This document shows positions 56,898-64,000 of a stretch of 64,000 nt of DNA, one piece after another. Source of the DNA: Thermoproteota archaeon (lineage in GTDB: Archaea; Korarchaeota; JAOZGF01; JAOZFZ01). The position numbers and the translations under genes are program-made. The stretch covers positions 128,001 through 192,000 of the forward strand of contig JAOZFT010000004.1 of the NCBI GenBank assembly GCA_027492035.1, in the 5' to 3' direction. Numbering within the stretch: the stretch's first letter is position 1; every line of letters begins with the position of its first letter. The notes under the pieces were generated by a model. The model did not search any database. It had not been told where the DNA came from and saw nothing but the letters and a program-made list of their open reading frames with translations.

Positions 56898-59332
56898 TTC
56901 TCTAATTCACTGACTGAACTGAAACCATTTATTTTCTTAATATGGAGGAGTTTACAGTTGACCCCTGCCTTTTTAGAGATTTTTAAAATTTTCCCTTTCA
57001 GAATATTATCTTGTGTTGCAACTAAAACTTGATGGAATACATTGCTTTTTAAAAGGGTTGAAAGGAAGACTTCCTTACATAGTTCATCTGTACCTGGTAA
57101 GGGGTCATCAAAAGCTATGAAACCTAAATTGTGGGGGCTTAAGGTGTATGAAGCAAGCAGGATAGACAGTGTTACTATTATTTTTTGACCGTCACTTAGT
57201 TTCAACGTAAATGGAACTACTTCTTTATCCCGAGTTTTCACAACTAAAAACCTATAGATGCTTCTCTTGCCCCTTTTGTCCTCTATTTCTTCTATTTTAA
57301 TAAGGATTTGAGAGAGGTCATTGTATGGGTAAATATGGTTGAAGAAACTATTTGCTGTTGTATTCAAGTTAGATACCACCTTCTTCCTCAATTCTGTTTG
57401 AATTGCGCGATAGCTTTCTCTGATAGAAATTAATTCGGTAAGAAATTCTGACAACCTTTTTTCTTTGTCTCTTAATTCTTTAAGTTTACCTTTGATTTTA
57501 ACGAGATGAGGTATGTTCTTTTGTAGCGTTAATATTTGTTTTCCTATGTTCCTTCTTTCATTTTTCAAAGAATTCAGTTGTTGAGTATTGAGGGAAAGCT
57601 CTTCAACTGTTTCCAAGTACTCTTCTTCATTAAAATTAAGCATTTCTATTCTTTTTTCAACTTCGCTCAAATTTGTTTCTATCTCAGAAAGTTTCTCCTT
57701 TAGCATTTCTATTTCCTTTATCTCCAGAGAGATAGTGTCTAACTTCCTTATTTTTTGTAGGCATATGTTTCTCGATTTTATTTTTTCGTTTATTTCATCC
57801 AGTTTCCTTTTTTCGTTTTCTACCCTAATTTCTAGCAATTTTTTGTCGTTAGTCAGTTTCTCCAGTTCTTGATTTACTTTTTTGAGGTTTAGAATGTCTA
57901 GACTTAATTTTTCAAGTCGATCTTTGGCGTCTGTAAGTTCAGTGTGGAGTTCATTGAGCTCAGAAAACCTAGCAGTTATTTTCATTATTTTCTTTTCATT
58001 TTCCCTTATTTTAGTGTTTAGTTTATCTATTTCTGACTTAGTTACTTTATGGCCGCAAACTAGGCATTCAGTTTCATTTGTTTTCTGTAACTCGTTTGTT
58101 AGAGTAGATAGTATCTTATTTACTGCCTTAACTTCTTTTTCTTTTACTTCCAGAGTTGAAAGTTCTTGCTCTATTTTCTTAATTCTTTTCTCTATTTCGG
58201 GGAGGGAACCATACTTCATTGATAATTTTTCAGCTTCCTTCCTTAGAGATTCAGCTATTACCCTTTTCTTGGTTAAGTTATCAATTTCTCCTCTCTTCTT
58301 TTCAGCTTCTAAAGTTAATTCTTTTATGTTCCTTTCCAGTAACATCTTTTCCTCTTCAAATTCCCTTATTTTTTTATGTATTACTTCCAGTTGAAAGGGC
58401 CCCGAAGAAAATGCGTTTTCATTTATTGGTGTTAAATTGATTTCATGAAACCCAGAACAAAGTTCTCTCGTTTCTTTTATCAAGTTATCTCTTTCAGAAA
58501 CTAAGTTTTCAATGTTTTTCCCACCCAAGTGTAGCAGAATTTCTTCTTTCCTGACTTCAAGGTTGGTTTTTTCCCTTATTAGACTAAAGTACTCTCCTTT
58601 ATCTTTTTCTATTTCTTCTTTCTTTTGCAGCAAAGTATTGCAAATTTTTTGCAGTTCCCTTTCTTCAGCCGCCAGCTCTTCTTCCTTTTTTAAGAGGTTT
58701 TTTAATGTTTCTTTCTTTCCGGGTAAAGATTTTACTTCTGGATAGGTAGTAACCAATTCGTTTATTTTTTGTTTAAGCTTTTCAAGTTCGTTCTTCACCG
58801 TTTTTACTGGAAAAGACTTGTAAAGGTTTTCTAATTCTGAAATCCCCATTAAGCGATCCATGATAATTGTCCGCTCAGAATCAGAACCGAAAATTAACGT
58901 TTGCAGCTCATGGTTCCTCACCAGCACATGTTTTGAGAATTCATCTGGAGTTATTTGAACTATGGCGCCTATCTTTTTCTCCACGTTTTTCTTGATTTCT
59001 TTACCTTTAAGAATTAATTTTGTCCTTAATGGGTTCCTTAATTTTTTTGTTCTAAGGATTTCAAGAACTGTTCCCTCCTCGCTAAAAAGTTCAAGTTCTA
59101 CATCCATTTCCGTAGAGCCACTGAGCATCAGGTCATCCACCTTCATTTCTCTTAGTTTCCTGGTTTCGTATGTATCCCCGAAAAGGGCAAATTCAATAGC
59201 GTCAAAAATAGTTGTTTTTCCTGCACCTGTTCTACCGTACAATAGAATTAAGCCAGGGCTGAGATTAATTACAGTTTTATTTTTAAAAGATTTAAAGTTC
59301 CCGATTGCTATTTTCTTTATGGTGTAAGCCAT
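56894..59332 (-). CDS. Rad50/SMC-like ATPase with zinc hook (arcadin-4-like)
   Basis: IGNFKSF; Walker A GRTGAGKT; long coiled coils; central CLVCG hook; LSDGQ signature; IAFDDP Walker B. Confidence 0.85.
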   Translation of the reverse strand: MAYTIKKIAIGNFKSFKNKTVINLSPGLILLYGRTGAGKTTIFDAIEFALFGDTYETRKLREMKVDDLMLSGSTEMDVELELFSEEGTVLEILRTKKLRNPLRTKLILKGKEIKKNVEKKIGAIVQITPDEFSKHVLVRNHELQTLIFGSDSERTIIMDRLMGISELENLYKSFPVKTVKNELEKLKQKINELVTTYPEVKSLPGKKETLKNLLKKEEELAAEERELQKICNTLLQKKEEIEKDKGEYFSLIREKTNLEVRKEEILLHLGGKNIENLVSERDNLIKETRELCSGFHEINLTPINENAFSSGPFQLEVIHKKIREFEEEKMLLERNIKELTLEAEKKRGEIDNLTKKRVIAESLRKEAEKLSMKYGSLPEIEKRIKKIEQELSTLEVKEKEVKAVNKILSTLTNELQKTNETECLVCGHKVTKSEIDKLNTKIRENEKKIMKITARFSELNELHTELTDAKDRLEKLSLDILNLKKVNQELEKLTNDKKLLEIRVENEKRKLDEINEKIKSRNICLQKIRKLDTISLEIKEIEMLKEKLSEIETNLSEVEKRIEMLNFNEEEYLETVEELSLNTQQLNSLKNERRNIGKQILTLQKNIPHLVKIKGKLKELRDKEKRLSEFLTELISIRESYRAIQTELRKKVVSNLNTTANSFFNHIYPYNDLSQILIKIEEIEDKRGKRSIYRFLVVKTRDKEVVPFTLKLSDGQKIIVTLSILLASYTLSPHNLGFIAFDDPLPGTDELCKEVFLSTLLKSNVFHQVLVATQDNILKGKILKISKKAGVNCKLLHIKKINGFSSVSELEN

Positions 59333-59340
59333 GTAAACAC

Positions 59341-59502
59341 CTATTTTGAAAGCTTCGTTAATATTTCCTTTATTTCTTCCTCGACTCCACTAACTCCCTT
59401 ACGTAAGTAGATCTCGAAAAGTTTAAAAGCCAAGTCACGTGTATGCTTATTCTCCTTAAAATATTCGTTTAATAATTTTTTTACCTCCTCTTTTACACTC
59501 AT
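59341..59502 (-). CDS. 53-aa helical protein upstream of the SMC-like gene (possible arcadin-3-like partner)
   Basis: MSVKEEVKKLLNEYFKENKHTRDLAFKLFEIYLRKGVSGVEEEIKEILTKLSK; its stop overlaps the AGGTG RBS of the SMC gene 8 nt downstream. Confidence 0.7.
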   Translation of the reverse strand: MSVKEEVKKLLNEYFKENKHTRDLAFKLFEIYLRKGVSGVEEEIKEILTKLSK

Positions 59503-59546
59503 AACTTTCTTACCTGCAGAAAATTGTTTTTTGGTTTAAGTGAGAA

Positions 59547-60086
59547 GTGATGACTGAGAGAGGATTGTTTGTGGGAAGATTTCAACCTTTTCATTTAGGC
59601 CACAGTTTTGCCATTAAATATATTTTAGAGAAAGTTAATAATTTAATAGTTTTGGTGGGTAGCGCCCAGTTTAGCTATACATGGAGAAATCCTTTCACTG
59701 CTGGAGAAAGAATTGAAATGATTTACAGGTCTTTAGATAAACATGATTTAGAGAAAGTGTTAATTATTCCGGTTGACGATACCTATGAGAGAAATTATAT
59801 CTGGGTTAGACATGTAGAAAACTACACGCCTAAATTTAGTGTTGTGTTTTCAAACGATTTTTTAACAAGAAGACTTTTCTTGGACGCGGGGTATAGTGTT
59901 TTAAATGTACCTTTTTACAACAGGAAAGAAGTTTCAGGGACAAGGATAAGGCAACTTATGGCTGAGGAGAAAGAATGGAAAAATTTAGTTCCTAATGGAA
60001 GTAGAGAAGTTATTGAGGAAATAGGGGGAGAAAAGAGAGTAAGAATGATTTTTCAATCACGTAGAATTGAGAATTTTTCCTATTAA
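59547..60086 (+). CDS. nadM: Nicotinamide-nucleotide adenylyltransferase
   Basis: GLFVGRFQPFHLGH, NPFTAGERIEMI, SGTRIR. Confidence 0.95.
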   Translation: MMTERGLFVGRFQPFHLGHSFAIKYILEKVNNLIVLVGSAQFSYTWRNPFTAGERIEMIYRSLDKHDLEKVLIIPVDDTYERNYIWVRHVENYTPKFSVVFSNDFLTRRLFLDAGYSVLNVPFYNRKEVSGTRIRQLMAEEKEWKNLVPNGSREVIEEIGGEKRVRMIFQSRRIENFSY

Positions 60087-60253
60087 CAGATTTCCTTGTT
60101 TAGCAAAGAGTTTTCGCAGTAGAAAAGGAGAATAGTTGGTTTTAGGATGTAATACATTTTTTGCAACCTTATTTATAAAAGAAAGGAAACTTTAAAATGT
60201 CAATGGAGTTAATGAAATTTTCTTGCGAATTAAGGTTTTAACTGGGGATATAA

Positions 60254-60532
60254 TTGCTTTTGAAATGTCGAAAATGTAAAAAAATTTTTAAAGAGGAAGA
60301 ACTGAAACTAGAGGGGAATCAATATATTTGCCCTAATTGTGGCTATAATTTATTCAGTGTAGTGAGGCTGCTTGATACAGTTAAAAGGTTGCAAGGTACT
60401 GTGGAGGAGAGAGAACCCTTAGAAGAAGCATTCAAAGAATTCGAATTTGAAAACATTAAAGAAGATAAAGAATTAAGTGGTTCAAAGAGGGAAAAAGCTA
60501 AGGCTAGGGAAGAAGAACTTCCTTTACTTTAA
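60254..60532 (+). CDS. Zn-ribbon protein with acidic C-terminus
   Basis: CRKC...CPNCG motifs. Confidence 0.65.
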   Translation: MLLKCRKCKKIFKEEELKLEGNQYICPNCGYNLFSVVRLLDTVKRLQGTVEEREPLEEAFKEFEFENIKEDKELSGSKREKAKAREEELPLL

Positions 60533-60537
60533 AAACT

Positions 60538-60819
60538 TTAATCCAGAAGCCCTGCTAAACCTTCTGTTTCCTTTTCTCTTTCTCTTTCGATTTTTTCTAT
60601 AACCAATTTAGCTGTTTCTTCATCAACACTCTTTAACTTAGGCATTTCTTTCTCTATTTCCTTCATTTTTTCTTCTGAAGCATCAACTAAAATAAAATAC
60701 CCTATTTCTTCAAAATCATTTTTCAAGTTGGTAGCAGGAATGAAGTCAAAGCCTATTCTTTTTAGTAAATCATTCCTTTCCAGATATTCTAAGTCTTTAA
60801 CAAAATAAATTTTTCTCAT
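60538..60819 (-). CDS. Hypothetical protein resembling a conserved small archaeal family
   Basis: GYFILVDASEE...IEKIEREREKETEGLAGLLD pattern; purine-rich RBS. Confidence 0.65.
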   Translation of the reverse strand: MRKIYFVKDLEYLERNDLLKRIGFDFIPATNLKNDFEEIGYFILVDASEEKMKEIEKEMPKLKSVDEETAKLVIEKIEREREKETEGLAGLLD

Positions 60820-61013
60820 TTTCTTCTTACCTTACTCCCTACTAATTTTATTCAGTGTTGCTTCAATTTGACGCGTCAAATTTAAAGTGCAGTTAAGTAA
60901 TAGTGAGCATAGGATGATATAAAAGTATTTAAAAAAGGAAAGGTATTTAAAAAGTTAAAATTTTACCGCAAATTAAATATGGTGAAAGAGAAAATTTAAA
61001 CATTTAACAAGAA

Positions 61014-61355
61014 GTGGTTGAAGTGAGGAGGCGAAGACAGAGAACAACTGTGAGCTTTTTTTTAAGTGAAGCACTTTATGGAGTCGCTTTAAGCTTAATT
61101 ACGATAGCGACATCCTTTTTGATTTCTGAGTTCGGTGTATGGGTTTTTACTCAATGGTTATTTACAAGAGATGCTTTACTTTACATTTTCTTAATTTTGA
61201 ACTTTACAATTTCTGGGACGATAATTTTCGTCCCATTCTATAACAAAAGATTTGTACAAGCTATTGTTGCAGTACTATTTACTACATTTTTTTGGTTTTT
61301 GCTCTTTCAGTTTTACGGCTTTCACCCTGTGGACACCTTGCTAGGTTTAATATAG
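61014..61355 (+). CDS. Small membrane protein (about 3 TM helices)
   Basis: Basic N-terminus then hydrophobic helices; ends 9 nt before tRNA-Glu. Confidence 0.7.
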   Translation: MVEVRRRRQRTTVSFFLSEALYGVALSLITIATSFLISEFGVWVFTQWLFTRDALLYIFLILNFTISGTIIFVPFYNKRFVQAIVAVLFTTFFWFLLFQFYGFHPVDTLLGLI

Positions 61356-61364
61356 TCCCAGAAA

Positions 61365-61439
61365 GCCCCGGTGGTGTAGCCCGGTTAAGCATAATGGCCT
61401 CTCGAGCCATTGACGCGGGTTCAAATCCCGCCCGGGGCA
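61365..61439 (+). tRNA. tRNA-Glu(CTC), intronless
   Basis: GCCCCGGTGGTGTAGCCCGGTTAAGCATAATGGCCTCTCGAGCCATTGACGCGGGTTCAAATCCCGCCCGGGGCA. Confidence 0.95.
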
Positions 61440-61518
61440 TTATTTCTTACTTATAGAAGGTTCAGCTTAATGACAATACTTAAAATAATTTGGTTTATGC
61501 ATGTTATAAAGTTTTTAC

Positions 61519-64000
61519 TTAGAGCTTTAAGGCTTGTTCAAGAAACTCTAGTATTTCTTTCCGTTGAGAAGCAAAGAATAGCACTGAATTATTAGTTTTG
61601 AACGGAATTTTGAGCAAGTTTTCTTTATATGGTGGCTGCGTTATCGAAAGATCCCTTAGTAATACCAGGATTTTTATCCTTGTTCCATCGTCAATTATCT
61701 CTTTTAGATTACTTTCACTTAGAGAAGCGTTGAGGGAAGTTGGTGCAATGAATTCAACCTCTACCTTCCCATCGATCAAGAGTCCGTTTCCCTTTAATTC
61801 AATTGGTACAGCGTTTTCAAAACAGAAATCAAAAAGGTAATCTGTGACCATTTGTTTCAACAACTTTCCCTTATTGAGCAAAGTGGCAACTTCCATTGTT
61901 GATCCGTCAACGCAGACTTTCCATATTTTAACGGCGCTATCGGTTTCAATTAATTGTGTTATTATGTTTAGGGGGAGGCCTATAATATCGCGTAACTCTT
62001 TTAAAGTAAAGTATTTATATCTTTGGATTATTTGGAGGATTTCTTTTTTCACTGCCTGCCTAAAACCATGTTTTCCTTTATTTTTCAACAAGTTTAAGTA
62101 TTTTCTCAGTTCTAAATTGGAGACGGGTTCCCAATTTTTATTTCCTATAGTTTTTATTAGGAAGGGCTCATTGTAAGTAGGAGAAAAAAGAACCGCTTCG
62201 AACTTACCTAATTTAGGAAATATTTCCTTTTGAGTTTCATCTAAACCCATATTGTTAGCCATTATTGCTTTGTCTTTGTTGTCTACTGTCCTGAAACAAA
62301 TTTTGGTAGAAGTGTTTCTAATTACGTAACTACTTAGTATTGTGGGGGAAGGAGAAATGAATAACATCCCCACCCCTACTTTACGCAAATAATCCACTGC
62401 CTTCAATACTGCACTAGATTCATTACCGTTCTCAGGAACAATTACCTGCGCCTCATCCATTACAACAAGAAGTTTGAAGTTGTTCGAGATTTCTTCTGGT
62501 TTGTAATAGTGTTCAAAAACCTTTTTAAGAATAATAGCGGCGATTACTTGTTTCGAATTTCTATTAACTAATTTAGAGAAATCGAAACTGACAAGTCCGT
62601 ATTCGTCAAGGTAGTTAAAGAGATCTATCTCCCTTTCTGTATTGAGCACTTCACCTAGTTCTCCCTTCACTAAGAGATGCAGTCTCCTTATTAAGGCGTT
62701 TTTAATTTGTACAGAGGCACTATCCTCTGGCTCATATTCTAAAAGGAGATTGAGAAGTTTTCTAAATGAAACTTCATGTTTATTTTCCCTATAAAGTTTT
62801 TCAAGTAGTATTCTTAAAAATTCAGAGGTGGGTTCCGATAACTTGAGCTCTTCCGAAAGGAAGGAATGAACCCAATTGATGTGTTCATTTAAGTTATTTC
62901 CCTTGAAATTTAGGATGTTCAGGGTTAAGGGAACTTCTTCATCATTTACAACAAAGATAAAACCTAAATTTTTCATTATGACTGACCTGTACTCGCCGCT
63001 TTGATCAAGCACGATCACTTTGATTTTTAATTCGTTAAAAAGATTGTTTATGATGTTTTTAGCCAACGTGCTTTTACCGAACCCTGTACAACCTGTAATT
63101 AAGCACCTGGCTAGTAAGTCATGAATTGATAAATAAATTGGAAAGTGCCCCCTTCCTTTATAAAGAGAATAACCTATCGATATACTATTTACGGGTTTTT
63201 TGGGTGTAGGAAGAGGAAAAACATCTTCTTCCATTATTTTTATCCCTGAGGAGCTAGGAGGTAAAGGAAATAGAAGAGATGCTTCAGGAAGGGTAAGGTT
63301 CAGTAACTTTTTTCTTGGTACACGAAAAAAAAGTTCTTTCCAGGCCAGTAAAAGCTCTTTACCTTTGAGTTCTTCGAGTTTGATGCCAGGCAGCATAGCT
63401 TCAAACACGCTCCTAACCACTTTAAGCTTTTTGTCCATTTCAATTAACTGTCTTGAAAGAGTTTGCTCCTCACAAATGTTTTGTAATACTATAAAGAGAG
63501 ATGTTTCAACGAACCCTTTTGATAGACCTGTTTTTAGTCTAATAGCTTCGGTTAATTCTTTGTCTTCAGGTGGAAGCTGCGAAGTTAGATCCTCCTTTTT
63601 AGATATGGCTATATGATTTTCTAAATTCTTTAACTCGCGTAGCGCCCTCCCTTTTAGTTCTTTTGCGTTAGTGACAGGTCTTGCAAATAGGGAATAGGTA
63701 CAAGGTATTTCTAGCTCTTGAATCCTTGAGAGAGCATCTTGCAATCTTGAGAAGAAATTTATGAAGTTCATTACCTTTTGAGTCAAGTATGCACCATTTT
63801 TTTCTTCTAAAAGAGGAAACTTTGGTCTTTCAACCATATTTAGTATAGAATAAATCACAATTTTATTGTTTATACGCATTAAAAGGAAAGTGTTTAATGT
63901 TCTGATGTTAAGATTCAAATTTTCGTTGTTTTTAGAATACTTTAGTAAAATATTTCTTTCGGTGGTTAAGGTTATTACTTTCCCTTTCTTAAAATAAAGA
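61519..64000 (-). CDS. HerA/VirB4-like (DUF87) ATPase, 5' end probably outside window
   Basis: CLITGCTGFGKST Walker A; IVLDQSGEY; VVMDEAQ Walker B; LRKVGVG; RNTSTKICFR. The frame stays open from 63918 to the window edge. Confidence 0.85.
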   Translation of the reverse strand, partial: LYFKKGKVITLTTERNILLKYSKNNENLNLNIRTLNTFLLMRINNKIVIYSILNMVERPKFPLLEEKNGAYLTQKVMNFINFFSRLQDALSRIQELEIPCTYSLFARPVTNAKELKGRALRELKNLENHIAISKKEDLTSQLPPEDKELTEAIRLKTGLSKGFVETSLFIVLQNICEEQTLSRQLIEMDKKLKVVRSVFEAMLPGIKLEELKGKELLLAWKELFFRVPRKKLLNLTLPEASLLFPLPPSSSGIKIMEEDVFPLPTPKKPVNSISIGYSLYKGRGHFPIYLSIHDLLARCLITGCTGFGKSTLAKNIINNLFNELKIKVIVLDQSGEYRSVIMKNLGFIFVVNDEEVPLTLNILNFKGNNLNEHINWVHSFLSEELKLSEPTSEFLRILLEKLYRENKHEVSFRKLLNLLLEYEPEDSASVQIKNALIRRLHLLVKGELGEVLNTEREIDLFNYLDEYGLVSFDFSKLVNRNSKQVIAAIILKKVFEHYYKPEEISNNFKLLVVMDEAQVIVPENGNESSAVLKAVDYLRKVGVGMLFISPSPTILSSYVIRNTSTKICFRTVDNKDKAIMANNMGLDETQKEIFPKLGKFEAVLFSPTYNEPFLIKTIGNKNWEPVSNLELRKYLNLLKNKGKHGFRQAVKKEILQIIQRYKYFTLKELRDIIGLPLNIITQLIETDSAVKIWKVCVDGSTMEVATLLNKGKLLKQMVTDYLFDFCFENAVPIELKGNGLLIDGKVEVEFIAPTSLNASLSESNLKEIIDDGTRIKILVLLRDLSITQPPYKENLLKIPFKTNNSVLFFASQRKEILEFLEQALKL

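Noticed and set aside
57588-59327. Several Ser/Phe/Leu-rich plus-strand ORFs
   Set aside because: Antisense shadows of the K/E-rich coiled-coil gene; the same applies to the many similar shadow ORFs across the window
1-64000. CRISPR array, rRNA, intact IS element, RNase P or SRP RNA
   Set aside because: By eye I found no regularly spaced repeats, long GC-rich structural RNA, transposase ORF or signature motifs

Overview
AT-rich archaeal chromosomal window, most likely from a thermophilic TACK/Thermoproteota-type lineage. This is inferred from the co-occurrence of crenactin, an HMf-type histone, SmAP3, a Zn-NusA-like paralog and GC-rich, intron-rich tRNAs. The window is mostly housekeeping: thermosome (partial), a porGDAB operon, ribK/ribL, dph5, fen-cdc48, EF-1beta, pth2-truD, rpl40e, radA and EF-2. 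It also holds a replication cluster (cdc6, RFC-L/S, GINS, MCM, intein-containing Hel308) and a tRNA/RNA-processing cluster (cca, thpR, rnz, trmG10, ttuA/ttuB, rtcA). There are five tRNAs; four carry introns and two carry two. A decayed integrase/ABC islet lies at tRNA-Lys. Most noteworthy are: a rearranged Arcade-like locus (Ig-repeat surface protein <- -> crenactin -> <- Rad50-like SMC <- 53-aa ORF); three intact genes that appear to need non-AUG/GUG/UUG starts (CTG, ATA); two unannotated Cys-rich microproteins; a perfect 125-bp repeat between the D1 and D2 domains of cdc48; an ExeA/Cdc6-like ATPase overlapping radA; and a CWB2-TM-wHTH fusion. All calls come from reading motifs by eye; no database searches were run.
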